Assembly: GCA_963848295.1 (NCBI GenBank)
Contig: CAWKDB010000002.1
Coordinates: 1,056,001-1,120,000, forward strand
From: an uncultured delta proteobacterium
GTDB taxonomy: Bacteria > Myxococcota_A > Polyangia > Haliangiales > Haliangiaceae
Length of the DNA stretch: 64,000 bases
Reading direction: 5' to 3'
Shown here: in pieces, positions 20,872 through 30,452 of the stretch
Position numbering within the stretch: the stretch's first letter is position 1
Layout: every line of letters starts with the position of its first letter
The notes under the pieces: generated by a model
The model's input: only the letters and a program-made list of their open reading frames with translations
Databases searched by the model: none
What the model was told of the DNA's origin: nothing
Translations under genes and position numbers: made by a program

Positions 20872-21753
20872 TTACCGCCCTCGCCCGCCGCGCACGCCCC
20901 AGTGCAGCTTGTCGCGCATGACATCGAAGAAGCTCTGCGAAGAGGCGTAGAGCACGAGCGGCGTCTTGTCGGCGGTCAGCTCGACCGTGTCGCCCGGCGA
21001 GAACGCGTGCGCCCACTGGCCGTCGACCGTGAGGATCACGCCGTGCTCGTTGGCGGCGAGCTGGAGCCGCAGCTTCGCGGTCGCGCCGAGCACGAGCGGT
21101 CGGTTGGTCAACGCATGCGCGCAGATCGGCGTGAGCGTCATCGCCGCCTGGCCGGGCGCGACGATCGGGCCGCCCGCGGCCATGTTGTAGGCGGTCGATC
21201 CGGTCGGCGTCGCGACGATCAACCCGTCGGCGCGATAGGTCGCGACGAACGCACCGTCGCAATGCGCGTCGACCTCGACGAGTCGCGCCATCGCCCCTTG
21301 GTGCAGGACCGCGTCGTTGAGCGCGAGCTTCGTGACCGGCTCGGCGCCCGGGCGGTTGAACGTGACGCGCAGCCGCATCCGCTCGGCACGCGGCAGCTCT
21401 CCGGCGAGCGCCGCGGCGAGCGCGCGACTCGCATCGGCCGGGCCGAACATCGCGAGAAACCCGAGCTGGCCGAGGTTGATGCCGAGCACCGGCGTGCCGT
21501 GGTGAGCGACGAGTCGCGCCGCGCGCAAGATCGTGCCGTCGCCGCCGAGCACCACGGCCAGATCGATGCGCTCGCCGAGCTGGTCCTCGGGCACGACCTC
21601 GACGCCCGCGGGCGCTCGAAAATCTGCGATGTCTTCGGTGGTCACGACCGCGCTATGGCCGTGGGCGATCACCAACGGGACGAGCTCGTGGAGCAAGACG
21701 CCGGCCTCTGACTTGTCCGGCTTGACGATGAAACCGACTCGCGACACCCGCAT
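20872..21753 (-). CDS. nadK: NAD(+) kinase
   Basis: Motifs LGGDGTIL, GINLGQLGFL, ALND and DGLIVATPTGSTAYNMAAGGP. Confidence 0.96.
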   Translation of the reverse strand: MRVSRVGFIVKPDKSEAGVLLHELVPLVIAHGHSAVVTTEDIADFRAPAGVEVVPEDQLGERIDLAVVLGGDGTILRAARLVAHHGTPVLGINLGQLGFLAMFGPADASRALAAALAGELPRAERMRLRVTFNRPGAEPVTKLALNDAVLHQGAMARLVEVDAHCDGAFVATYRADGLIVATPTGSTAYNMAAGGPIVAPGQAAMTLTPICAHALTNRPLVLGATAKLRLQLAANEHGVILTVDGQWAHAFSPGDTVELTADKTPLVLYASSQSFFDVMRDKLHWGVRGGRGR

Positions 21754-21936
21754 GGAGTAGCACGACGCTATGACACTGAACTATCGAGCAGGTCTCGCGA
21801 TTCGCCGATATGACCTGGGTTCCTGGAGATCGGGCTCCGGGAGATCGACGGGAGATCGGGTATAAGGACCGCGCCGCACCCCTCGGCCCGGGGAGCCAGC
21901 TGTGCGTTCGGCTGTCCGGCGTAGCCCCGAGGCTGC

Positions 21937-21965
21937 TTGACTTAAGTTTCCGGCTCTTGTAGACG
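21937..21965 (+). promoter_or_regulatory. Possible sigma-70 promoter of rplM-rpsI
   Basis: TTGACT-N17-TAGACG in an AT-richer patch about 35 bp upstream of rplM. The -10 element is an imperfect match. Confidence 0.4.
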
Positions 21966-21998
21966 ATCGACCTCCGCTTCCAGGATTGCGATGTTCCC

Positions 21999-22457
21999 AT
22001 GATGACTTCCACGACACAGAAGACGTTCTGGCTCACCAAAGAAGCCGGCGAGCACCAGCGCGAGTGGTACGTGGTCGATGCCACCGGACACACGCTGGGC
22101 CGCCTCGCCTCGAAGATCGCGATGGTCCTTCGCGGCAAGCACAAGGTGTCGTACACGCCGAACGTCGACATGGGGGACTTCGTGATCGTGCTCAACGCGG
22201 GCGGCGTGAAGCTGACCGGGACGAAGCCGGACAAGAAGCTCTATCAGCGTCACACGCTGTACCCGGGCGGGATCAGGACGCGCGTCGCGAAGGAAGTCCT
22301 CGCGACCACGCCCGAGCACGCGATCCGCGAGGCGGTGTGGGGGATGCTGCCGAAGGGCATGCTCGGCCGTCGGATTCTCAAGAAGCTGAAGATCTATCGC
22401 ACCGACAAGCACGACCATGCGGCGCAGCAGCCGCGCGTGCTCGAGGTCAGGAACTAA
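21999..22457 (+). CDS. rplM: 50S ribosomal protein L13
   Basis: [43 protein letters not shown] and GMLPK. Confidence 0.98.
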   Translation: MMTSTTQKTFWLTKEAGEHQREWYVVDATGHTLGRLASKIAMVLRGKHKVSYTPNVDMGDFVIVLNAGGVKLTGTKPDKKLYQRHTLYPGGIRTRVAKEVLATTPEHAIREAVWGMLPKGMLGRRILKKLKIYRTDKHDHAAQQPRVLEVRN

Positions 22458-22458
22458 G

Positions 22459-22854
22459 ATGACCACCGCGCAGAAGACGTATTCCACCGGCCGCCGCAAG
22501 ACGGCGATCGCTCGCGTCTGGCTCACGACCGGCGAGGGCAAGTTCACGATCAACGACCGCAGCGACGAGGATTACTTCTCGCGCCCGACCGCCCGTATGG
22601 TGATCCGCCAGGCGCTCGAAGAGGTCGCGTTGATCGGGTCGTACGACATCGTCGCGACCGTCAAGGGCGGCGGCATCGCGTCGCAGGCCGGCGCGATCCG
22701 TCACGGCATCACGCGCGCCTTGATGAAGGTCGACGGCGAGCTTCGCCCGAAGCTCAAGGCCGCCGGCTACGTCACGCGCGACCCGCGCAAGAAAGAGCGC
22801 AAGAAGTACGGCCAGAAGGCCGCGCGCGCTCGGTTCCAGTTCAGCAAGCGCTAG
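22459..22854 (+). CDS. rpsI: 30S ribosomal protein S9
   Basis: [30 protein letters not shown] and ERKKYG...QFSKR. Confidence 0.98.
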   Translation: MTTAQKTYSTGRRKTAIARVWLTTGEGKFTINDRSDEDYFSRPTARMVIRQALEEVALIGSYDIVATVKGGGIASQAGAIRHGITRALMKVDGELRPKLKAAGYVTRDPRKKERKKYGQKAARARFQFSKR

Positions 22855-22933
22855 AGCAGGCAACCGTTTGTCGGTCTCGGCCGTCGTTCGCGACGGCCGT
22901 CGCGTTTTCGGCTTCATGGTGTACGGTCGCCGC

Positions 22934-24454
22934 ATGAAGCTCGCGACGGTGGTGATGGCAGTCGTAGTCAGCTCGGCCGCCGCCGCCGGCACGCCGAAGC
23001 CGAAGACCGCGCGCCCCGCCGCCTTGTTCGCGGTCGTCACCCGCGACGCTCCGCGTGCGTTCGACGGGCTGCACGCGTTCGGCGCCGCCGCGCTCCCCGC
23101 CGGCGCGATTCCGGACGACCTCGACGGCACGATGCTGCACGCGATCGAGAACATCGTAGGCGCGCCGGACCGTGCGATCGATCCGACCGGGCCGATCTAC
23201 GTGCTGATGGTCGACGACGCCCACGCGAGCGGCCTCGTGCTCGTCGGCCGCTCCGGCGAGCCCGCGATCGCGCCCGGCGGGGTCTCGATCAAGCGCAAGC
23301 ACGGTTGGTCCGCGATCGGGGTCAAGCCCGCGCTCGATGCGGTCGCCGACTACGCGTTGTCGACGATGATCGCGAAGGCGCCGCCGCCCGGGCTGACCGC
23401 GAGGATCTACGTCCCCGGCCTGCTCGCCCGGTTCAAGGACGACATCGCGGATGCCCGCGCGGCGATGCTCGGCACGCTCGGCTCGACCGCGGGCGCCGGG
23501 ATGAGCGACGTGTTCGCGTCGTACGTCGACGGCATGTTGTCGGTCGCGACCGATCTCGACGAGGTGCAGATCACGATCGACGGCGATGCCGCGAACCTGA
23601 CGCTCGATACGAAGCTCGCGGCGCGCCCCGGCAGCCGGTTCGCGCGGTTCATCTCGGCGCAACGCCCGAGCGACTTCTCGCTGCTGTCCAAGCTCCCCGA
23701 CCTCGGGGCCTTCGAGGTCGCCGGCAGCGCGACGCTCGGCCCGTATCACGATGGCTGGCTCGCGTTGACGTCGCAGATGTTCGGAGTCGCCGCGAATGGA
23801 CCCTTGCTGAGCGCGTTCGACGCGGCGCTCAAGGCGTCGAACGGGGACTTCGCGATCGCGACGACGTTCGGCGCGGGCGTCGCGAGCACGTTCGTGTTCG
23901 GCGCTGCGGATGCACGGGCGCTCGACGGCGCGCTCGGCCGCGCGATCGCGCTGTTCGCCAGCGGGCTCGACCTCCACCTCGCCGGCTTTCCGATCCGCTA
24001 CAAGCCTGCGGTTGCCGCGACCGTCGATGGCGTCGCGCTGCACGGGCTCGACGGCACGATCGACACGTCGAAGACCACGCCGCAGATGAAGGCGGCGCTC
24101 GCGCTGACCATGCCGGACGGGGTTCAGAACGTCGAGGTCGCGCAGGTCGGCGGGCTCGCGATCGTGAGCTCCGGCCCGCCGAGCATCCTCGCCGCGGCGA
24201 AGCGGTTCATCGCGATCGCGCACGGCACCGCGAGCGGACCCTTGCTACCGCCGGCGCTCGTCCAGCTCGTCACGATGGCGCGCGAGCATCGCGACAGCTT
24301 GCTCGTGCTGGTCGATCTCGGCACCGTGCTCGCCGCACAGCTCCATCGCCAACCCTCGCCGGCGCCGTTCGCGATCTCGATCGGCTTCGATCGCGATGCG
24401 CACGTCCACATCGCCGTCCCGACCGCGACCGTGCACTCGGTCGTCCGGCCCTAA
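22934..24454 (+). CDS. Secreted hypothetical protein
   Basis: Signal peptide [18 protein letters not shown], about 500 aa, ending 6 bp before the sensor kinase gene. Confidence 0.7.
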   Translation: MKLATVVMAVVVSSAAAAGTPKPKTARPAALFAVVTRDAPRAFDGLHAFGAAALPAGAIPDDLDGTMLHAIENIVGAPDRAIDPTGPIYVLMVDDAHASGLVLVGRSGEPAIAPGGVSIKRKHGWSAIGVKPALDAVADYALSTMIAKAPPPGLTARIYVPGLLARFKDDIADARAAMLGTLGSTAGAGMSDVFASYVDGMLSVATDLDEVQITIDGDAANLTLDTKLAARPGSRFARFISAQRPSDFSLLSKLPDLGAFEVAGSATLGPYHDGWLALTSQMFGVAANGPLLSAFDAALKASNGDFAIATTFGAGVASTFVFGAADARALDGALGRAIALFASGLDLHLAGFPIRYKPAVAATVDGVALHGLDGTIDTSKTTPQMKAALALTMPDGVQNVEVAQVGGLAIVSSGPPSILAAAKRFIAIAHGTASGPLLPPALVQLVTMAREHRDSLLVLVDLGTVLAAQLHRQPSPAPFAISIGFDRDAHVHIAVPTATVHSVVRP

Positions 24455-24460
24455 CCGCTC

Positions 24461-25909
24461 GTGCGATTCCGCGCGCCGATCCTCGTCAAGCTCCTGGCCG
24501 CGCTGGTCGTGCCGGTCGTCGCGCTGTTCGCGCTGTTCGCGATCGTCGCGTTCGAGGTGTCGCGCCGCGACCTCGACGACGAGCTCGGCCGCCGGCTCGA
24601 GGCGATCGCATCCGCGGCATCGACCCAGGTCCGCGACGGCCATTACCTCGCGGCGATCGGGCCTCGCGACGCGTCCGAACCGCTGTATCAGGCCGTCGTC
24701 GCACGGCTCACGACGCTCGCGCACAAGACCGATGCCCGGTTGATCGTGCTCGACGGCAACTTCGACGCGCGCATCGACACCGATCCCAAAGGTCTCACCT
24801 TCGGAGCCCACTACTTCCACGCCGAGCTCGATCGGGCAGAGATCCGGCGTGTGCTCGACAAGGGCGCGGTCGTCTCGTCGGTGACGTTCCAGGACAACGG
24901 CGGCACCTGGTACAAGACCGGCTACGCACCGATCGCCGAGTCACCGACCGACGCCAAACCGGTGCTCGCGATCGCGGCGCAGGCGCCGGCATCGTACTTC
25001 GATCGGCTGAGCGATCTCCGGGGCAGGCTCGTCCGGTGGGGCGCCGGGCTCGCGCTCGTCAGCGTGCTCGCCGCCGTGCTCGCGACGCTGTTGATCACGC
25101 GCAACGTACGCCGGCTCGCCGCGGCGGCCGAACGGATCGGCGGTGGCGACCTGCACGAACCGATCGCGGTGCGCTCGCGCGACGAGCTCGGCACGCTCGC
25201 GGGCGCGATGGATCGGATGCGCGTCCAGCTCGCCGAGCGCGATGCGAAGATGCAGCAGATGCTCGCCGGCATCGCGCACGAGGTCCGCAACCCGCTCGCC
25301 GGCATGACGCTGTTCGCGGGCCTGTTGCGCGACGACCTACCCGAAGGCGACGAGAAGCGCGGTCACGTGCTGCGCATCCAGCGCGAGCTCGGCTACCTCG
25401 AGCGCGTCGTCAACGAGTTCCTCGACTACGCGCGCCGGCCCAAGCCCGAGCTCGCCGACGTCGACCTCGGCGAGCTCCTCGACGAGATCGCGCAGCTCGC
25501 GCCGAGCGCCGCACCGGCCGATCTCGCCGAGCCGATCGAGGTTGCGGTGACACCGACGCGAGAGCACGCGTTCGCCGATCGCGGCCAATTGCGCCGCGCC
25601 GTGCTGAACCTCGCGCGCAACGCGGTCCAGGCCGCGGCGGCGGCCGATCATCACGGCAAGGGCGCCGTGCGGCTGTCGGTGACCAAACGCGACGGCGAGC
25701 TTCACCTCGACGTCTGGAACCGCGGAGCCGAGATCCGGCCGGAGACCAGCGGCAAGCTGTTCGAGCCGTTCTTCACGACTCGCGAGCAAGGTACCGGCTT
25801 GGGCCTCGCGTTCGTCCGGGACATCGCGCGCGATCACGGCGGCCGCGTCGAGGTCGACAGCAAGGACGGCGAGACCACGTTTACCGTGATCCTGCCGACG
25901 ATCACGTAG
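24461..25909 (+). CDS. Membrane sensor histidine kinase (periplasmic sensor, HAMP, HisKA, HATPase)
   Basis: Two TM helices, HAMP (RDELGTLA), [20 protein letters not shown] and FEPFFTT...GTGLGL. Confidence 0.95.
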   Translation: MRFRAPILVKLLAALVVPVVALFALFAIVAFEVSRRDLDDELGRRLEAIASAASTQVRDGHYLAAIGPRDASEPLYQAVVARLTTLAHKTDARLIVLDGNFDARIDTDPKGLTFGAHYFHAELDRAEIRRVLDKGAVVSSVTFQDNGGTWYKTGYAPIAESPTDAKPVLAIAAQAPASYFDRLSDLRGRLVRWGAGLALVSVLAAVLATLLITRNVRRLAAAAERIGGGDLHEPIAVRSRDELGTLAGAMDRMRVQLAERDAKMQQMLAGIAHEVRNPLAGMTLFAGLLRDDLPEGDEKRGHVLRIQRELGYLERVVNEFLDYARRPKPELADVDLGELLDEIAQLAPSAAPADLAEPIEVAVTPTREHAFADRGQLRRAVLNLARNAVQAAAAADHHGKGAVRLSVTKRDGELHLDVWNRGAEIRPETSGKLFEPFFTTREQGTGLGLAFVRDIARDHGGRVEVDSKDGETTFTVILPTIT

Positions 25910-25947
25910 CCGGGATGGCGAACGTGTACCATCCGGGTCGAACCGCC

Positions 25948-27318
25948 ATGGCGACGATCCTGATCATCGACGACAACGAGACGATCCGCGAAGGCCTCGC
26001 CGCGACGGTCAAGAAGCTCGGCCATGCTCCGGTGATGGCGAAGAGCGGGACCGCCGGCATCGCCGCGTTCAAGGCGCAGCGCGCGGACTTCGTGATCACC
26101 GACCTCAAGATGGATGGCACGACCGGCGTCGACGTGCTGCGCGCGATCGCGGCGCTCGATCCCGACGTGCCGATCATGCTGATCACCGGGTTCGGCACGG
26201 TCGAGACCGCGGTCGAGGCGATGAAGCTCGGCGCGTTCGACTTCCTGACCAAGCCGATCCAACCCGAGGTCGTGCGGCTCAAGGTCGAGCGCGCGCTCGA
26301 GCTCGGCGAGGCGCGGCGCGGCCGGCGCAAGGCCGACGCGATGACCGATTATCTCCGGGCCGAGACCGACGACAAGTTCGCCGAGCTCGTCGGAGGCGGC
26401 GAGAAGATGGCGGTCGTTCGCCGGACGGTCGAGAAGGTCGCCGCGAGCGACACCACGGTGTTCATCGCGGGCGAGAGCGGCACGGGCAAGGAGCTGGTCG
26501 CGAGGGCGATCCACCGGCTGTCGAAGCGCGCGAGCGGACCGTTCGTCAAGGTCAACTGCGGCGCGTTGATCGAGACGCTGCTCGAGAGCGAGCTGTTCGG
26601 TCACGAGAAGGGCTCGTTCACCGGCGCGGTCAAGCAGAAGCTCGGCCGGTTCGAGCTCGCGGACGGCGGGACGCTATTCCTCGACGAGGTCGGCGACGTG
26701 CCGCCCGCGATGCAAGTGAAGCTGCTGCGCGCGTTGCAGGAGCAAGAGTTCGAGCGCGTCGGCGGCGAAGCGCCGATCAAGGTCGACGTCCGCGTGTTGT
26801 CGGCGACGAACAAGGATCTCGACGCCGAGGTCGCGGCGGGCCGGTTTCGCCAGGACCTGTACTTCCGGCTCGTCGTGCTGCCGGTCAAGCTGCCGCCGCT
26901 GCGCGAGCGCCGCGAAGACATCCCGCTGCTCGCACAGCACTTCGTCGCGAAGCTCGCGGCGAAGGCGAACCCGCGCGTGCGCACGATCAGCGACGCGGCG
27001 CTGGGCCGGATCATCGCTTACAACTGGCCGGGGAACGTTCGCGAGCTCGAGAACGCGATCGAGCAGGCGCTGGTGTTCGCCGAGGGCGACGAGATCACCC
27101 CGGTCGCGTTACCCGCCTTCTTGCAAGGCGGGGGTGAGGACGACCGGCTCGAAGTACCTCGCGAGATGTCGCTGCCCGAGATCCTCGACGATCTCGAGCG
27201 CCAGCTGATCCTCAAGGCCTACGCGAAAGCCGACCGGGTCAAGACCGAGACCGCGCGCCTGCTCGGGATCAAGACGTCGGCGCTGTACTACAAGCTCGAG
27301 AAGTACGGCATCGAGTAG
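25948..27318 (+). CDS. Sigma-54-dependent response regulator (NtrC family)
   Basis: Receiver domain ILIIDD...TDLKM; AAA+ motifs [29 protein letters not shown] and [11 protein letters not shown]-terminal Fis-type HTH. Confidence 0.96.
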   Translation: MATILIIDDNETIREGLAATVKKLGHAPVMAKSGTAGIAAFKAQRADFVITDLKMDGTTGVDVLRAIAALDPDVPIMLITGFGTVETAVEAMKLGAFDFLTKPIQPEVVRLKVERALELGEARRGRRKADAMTDYLRAETDDKFAELVGGGEKMAVVRRTVEKVAASDTTVFIAGESGTGKELVARAIHRLSKRASGPFVKVNCGALIETLLESELFGHEKGSFTGAVKQKLGRFELADGGTLFLDEVGDVPPAMQVKLLRALQEQEFERVGGEAPIKVDVRVLSATNKDLDAEVAAGRFRQDLYFRLVVLPVKLPPLRERREDIPLLAQHFVAKLAAKANPRVRTISDAALGRIIAYNWPGNVRELENAIEQALVFAEGDEITPVALPAFLQGGGEDDRLEVPREMSLPEILDDLERQLILKAYAKADRVKTETARLLGIKTSALYYKLEKYGIE

Positions 27319-27319
27319 G

Positions 27320-27640
27320 ATGCCGGCCGCGCGTTCAGACCGCCGGCTTGTCCGCGTGCTCAAGGCGCTCGCCGATGCGAATCGGTTCCGCATGGTCCAG
27401 GAGATCGCCGCGGCGGGCGAGCTGTGCTGCACCGAGGTCGCGGCGAAGTTTTCGCTGGCGCAGCCGACGGTGTCGCATCATCTGGCGATCCTGCGGGCCG
27501 CGGGTGTCGTGAAGTTCCGCGCGCTAGGCCGGCACAACATGCTCTCGGTCGATCACGAGCTGCTCGCGCACGTCGTCGCCGCGCTGCCGGTGCGCATCGC
27601 CGAGCCGAAGCGCAGGCGCTCGACAAGTCGCGCCGTCTGA
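27320..27640 (+). CDS. ArsR/SmtB-family transcriptional regulator
   Basis: LKALADANRFRM...ELCCTEVA...AQPTVSHHLAILRAAGVV. Confidence 0.9.
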   Translation: MPAARSDRRLVRVLKALADANRFRMVQEIAAAGELCCTEVAAKFSLAQPTVSHHLAILRAAGVVKFRALGRHNMLSVDHELLAHVVAALPVRIAEPKRRRSTSRAV

Positions 27641-27682
27641 CGTATTCAAGTTCTTCGATATCACCAAGACGGAGGCACCGCG

Positions 27683-28309
27683 ATGACCGCTGGAAGCTAC
27701 ACGCTCTATTACTCGCCGGGCGCATGCTCGATCTCCCCGAACGTCGCGCTGCGCGAGGCCGGGCTGCCGTTCGAGCTCGTGAAGGTCGATCTCCGCGCGA
27801 AGAAGCTCGCCGACGGTAGCGACTATCTCGCGATCAGCCCGAAGGGCTACGTGCCGACGCTGCGCTTGCCCGACGGCGAGATCCTGACCGAGGGCGCGGT
27901 GATGGTGCAGTACATCGCCGATCGCGCCCCGGACGCGAAGCTCGCGCCTGTCGCCGGGACGATGGCGCGTTATCGCCTCCAGGAGTGGTTGAACTTCATC
28001 GCGACCGAGCTCCACAAGGGGCTGTCGCCGTTCTTCAACGCGCTCGCGGGCGACGAGTACAAGGCGCAGTGCAAGCAGCGCTACGCGTTGCGGCTCGGGG
28101 TGCTCGCTGCCGGCCTGAAGGGCAAGCCGTGGCTCATGGGCGACCAGTTCTCGATCGCCGATGGCTACGCCCTGTACGTGCTGCGCATGTGGCAGCACGC
28201 GGTGAAAGAGTCGCTCGCGCCGTGGCCGGAGCTCGTCGCCCATTACGCGCGCCTGACCGCACGACCCTCGGTCGTAGCGGCGCTAGCCGCCGAGGGCATC
28301 TCGGCCTGA
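27683..28309 (+). CDS. gstA: Glutathione S-transferase (beta class, GstA-like)
   Basis: LYYSPGACS, PKGYVPTL, LTEGAVMVQYIAD, WLNFIATELHK and FSIADGY. A GGAGG RBS is present. Confidence 0.9.
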   Translation: MTAGSYTLYYSPGACSISPNVALREAGLPFELVKVDLRAKKLADGSDYLAISPKGYVPTLRLPDGEILTEGAVMVQYIADRAPDAKLAPVAGTMARYRLQEWLNFIATELHKGLSPFFNALAGDEYKAQCKQRYALRLGVLAAGLKGKPWLMGDQFSIADGYALYVLRMWQHAVKESLAPWPELVAHYARLTARPSVVAALAAEGISA

Positions 28310-28319
28310 CTCGCCGAGC

Positions 28320-28676
28320 TTACGGCGTGGCCGGAGCGGCGGGAGCGGGAGCAGCGCCATCGGCCGGCTTTTCCGCGTCCCGGAGCTTGTTGCGGCACGC
28401 GCGCATGTCTTTATCGAGCGCGTCGAGCTTCTCGATCTTCTCCGCGTTGCCCTTGTCGTCCGCCATCTTCTTCGCCTCTTCCGGGGTGAAGGAGGCCTCC
28501 ATCGATTTCTCGTAGGCGCGCGCGTCTTCCTTGACCTTGTCGGCGCACTTCATGTCCTTGCACTCACACATGGCCTTCTTGAAGCCTTCGCTCTTCGAGA
28601 TCGCCTCGTCGAGCTTGCTCTTGCTGCAACCCGAGAGCGCCACGAACATTCCTGCCAACAATGCGAGCTTTTTCAT
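28320..28676 (-). CDS. Small Lys/Cys-rich lipoprotein
   Basis: Lipobox MKKLALLAGMFVALSG-C and the motif MCECKDMKCADKV. Confidence 0.75.
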   Translation of the reverse strand: MKKLALLAGMFVALSGCSKSKLDEAISKSEGFKKAMCECKDMKCADKVKEDARAYEKSMEASFTPEEAKKMADDKGNAEKIEKLDALDKDMRACRNKLRDAEKPADGAAPAPAAPATP

Positions 28677-28717
28677 GGCGGCCATCCTCGGTGATCGCGC
28701 GTCGCGAAAGCAAGCGC

Positions 28718-29653
28718 CTACTTCAAAAATGGCGGCTGCGCCGTCGGCGCCGGCTGGCCGAACCGCGACCGAGTCCAGGTCAGAAACTCGTCCCCGGGCC
28801 GCTCGAGCGCGGCCCGGCAGATCTCGGCAACGTGGGCGGGGAAGTCGCGCTCGATGACCCAGCGCAGGAAGCTGCGGTCCGGTCCGGCAGCGAGCTCGTG
28901 GACCGCAGCGCCGGCATACTTGCCGAATCCTAGGACGACGACTCCGTCGGACCAGCGCAGGTGGCGCGATGGTCCGACCCAGCTGGTTCCCCATAGTTCT
29001 TGCTTGGGATCGCAGACCGTCGCGATCTGCGACCAATCGCGATCGTCGAGCTTGAACGCGCGCAGCATGCCGGCGAGGACGCGTCCTGTTGCCGCGACGT
29101 CAGCAGTCGCGCTATGAGCTGCGGCGAATTCGTCACCGACGAACCGGCGATGCGCGTGCTGCAGGCTGCGCGGCTCGCACTGCTGCCACAGCCGGAACGG
29201 GTCGACGATCCGCTTGCCGCTCAGGTCGAGCAGTGGCCGGCCTAGCCGCGCGTACTCGGCCTGCAGCATGTCGATGTCGAACGACAGGTTGTAGCCGACG
29301 ATGACCTCCGCCTCGGCGAAGACCTGGGCGATCTCGTCGGCGTACTCGCCAAAGGCCGGACAGCCCTCGAGCTCTTCGACGGAGATGCCGTGCACCGCCT
29401 GAGCCGCCGGGTTGATCGGGACCGCCGGCTTGATCCGCCAGGTTCGCCGCGTCGCCGGGTCCTCGTCGTCGAGCCCGAACTGGACGCAGAGCTCGATGAT
29501 CTGGTCCTTCGCGAAGTCGATACCGGTCGTCTCGGAGTCGAACACGATGATCCGCTGCGCGGCTACGGCCGGAACCGAGACCAGCGTCAGGCGTGGCTGC
29601 TCCTGCGCCGGCGGCGCCGGGCGCCAATCGAACAGCGAGAGAGTGCCTTCCAC
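28718..29653 (-). CDS. DEDDh 3'-5' exonuclease (DnaQ/epsilon-like)
   Basis: ExoI FDSETTG, ExoII GYNLSFD, ExoIII AHSATADV, and a C-terminal FGKYAG motif. Confidence 0.9.
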   Translation of the reverse strand: MEGTLSLFDWRPAPPAQEQPRLTLVSVPAVAAQRIIVFDSETTGIDFAKDQIIELCVQFGLDDEDPATRRTWRIKPAVPINPAAQAVHGISVEELEGCPAFGEYADEIAQVFAEAEVIVGYNLSFDIDMLQAEYARLGRPLLDLSGKRIVDPFRLWQQCEPRSLQHAHRRFVGDEFAAAHSATADVAATGRVLAGMLRAFKLDDRDWSQIATVCDPKQELWGTSWVGPSRHLRWSDGVVVLGFGKYAGAAVHELAAGPDRSFLRWVIERDFPAHVAEICRAALERPGDEFLTWTRSRFGQPAPTAQPPFLK

Positions 29654-29738
29654 CTCGCTACCGTACGGGGTCGGTCTGACGCCGGGCAGCGAGAGGGATC
29701 GACAAGTCCGCAAGCGATCGAATACCTTACGTTTCCGT

Positions 29739-30398
29739 ATGCGCGACATCGCCCGCCGAGGCACCGCTATCTGGTCCGTGATCGCCGTTACCGCCCTCGC
29801 CTCGTGCAGCAGCTGCCGGGTCAAGGAGCCGCCGCCGATCACCGGGCGCTGGATCGACGAGTTCGCGCGCGACTCGCCCGGCGACAACTACAACGCGACC
29901 GGCCCCGGCTACGCGGTCAGCAACGGCGCGCTGTCCGCGCACGGCGCCCACAACCACCCGCTGTGGCTGCGCAAGAAGCTGCCCCACGACGTGCGCATCG
30001 AGTTCGACTGCTGGTCGACCGAGAAGCGCGGCGACATCAAGGTCGAGGTGTTCGGCGACGGCAAGTCGTTCGACCCCGACGGCGGGCGCTACACCGCGGT
30101 CGGCTACGAGGTGATCTTCGGGGGCTGGTACAACGCGAAGTCGATCATCGCGAGGCTCGACGAGCACGGCAAGGACGTCGTCGAGCGCACGCTGCCGAAG
30201 GTCGTGCCGAACCAGCACTACCACTGGAAGATCGAGCGCATCGGCAAGAAGCTCACGTGGTGGATCGACGACATGACGACGCCGTTCCTGGTCTACGACG
30301 ACCCGCGTCCGCTCGAGGGCAACGGCCACGAGTACTTCGCGTTCAATAACTGGGAGACCGATACCTGGTTCAAGAACCTGGTCATCACGCCGCTCTGA
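29739..30398 (+). CDS. Exported beta-sandwich (concanavalin/LamG-like) hypothetical protein
   Basis: Signal or lipobox region, then beta-rich PLWLRKKLP..VRIEFD, GYEVIFGGW and HWKIER. The fold call is an inference. Confidence 0.6.
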   Translation: MRDIARRGTAIWSVIAVTALASCSSCRVKEPPPITGRWIDEFARDSPGDNYNATGPGYAVSNGALSAHGAHNHPLWLRKKLPHDVRIEFDCWSTEKRGDIKVEVFGDGKSFDPDGGRYTAVGYEVIFGGWYNAKSIIARLDEHGKDVVERTLPKVVPNQHYHWKIERIGKKLTWWIDDMTTPFLVYDDPRPLEGNGHEYFAFNNWETDTWFKNLVITPL

Positions 30399-30452
30399 GC
30401 TCTGGGCGGTGCCCGAGCATCGGGTCTCGGCTACAATGCCCCGGACAACGGG

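Noticed and set aside
23305..25947. The 1337-aa ORF as one giant protein
   Set aside because: The first ~880 codons are Arg-rich off-frame read-through overlapping two real genes. The NtrC-type protein starts at 25948.
24461..28309. Sigma-54 (-24/-12) promoter for the NtrC-type regulator's targets
   Set aside because: I found no convincing TGGCAC-N5-TTGC in the intergenic regions I checked by eye.
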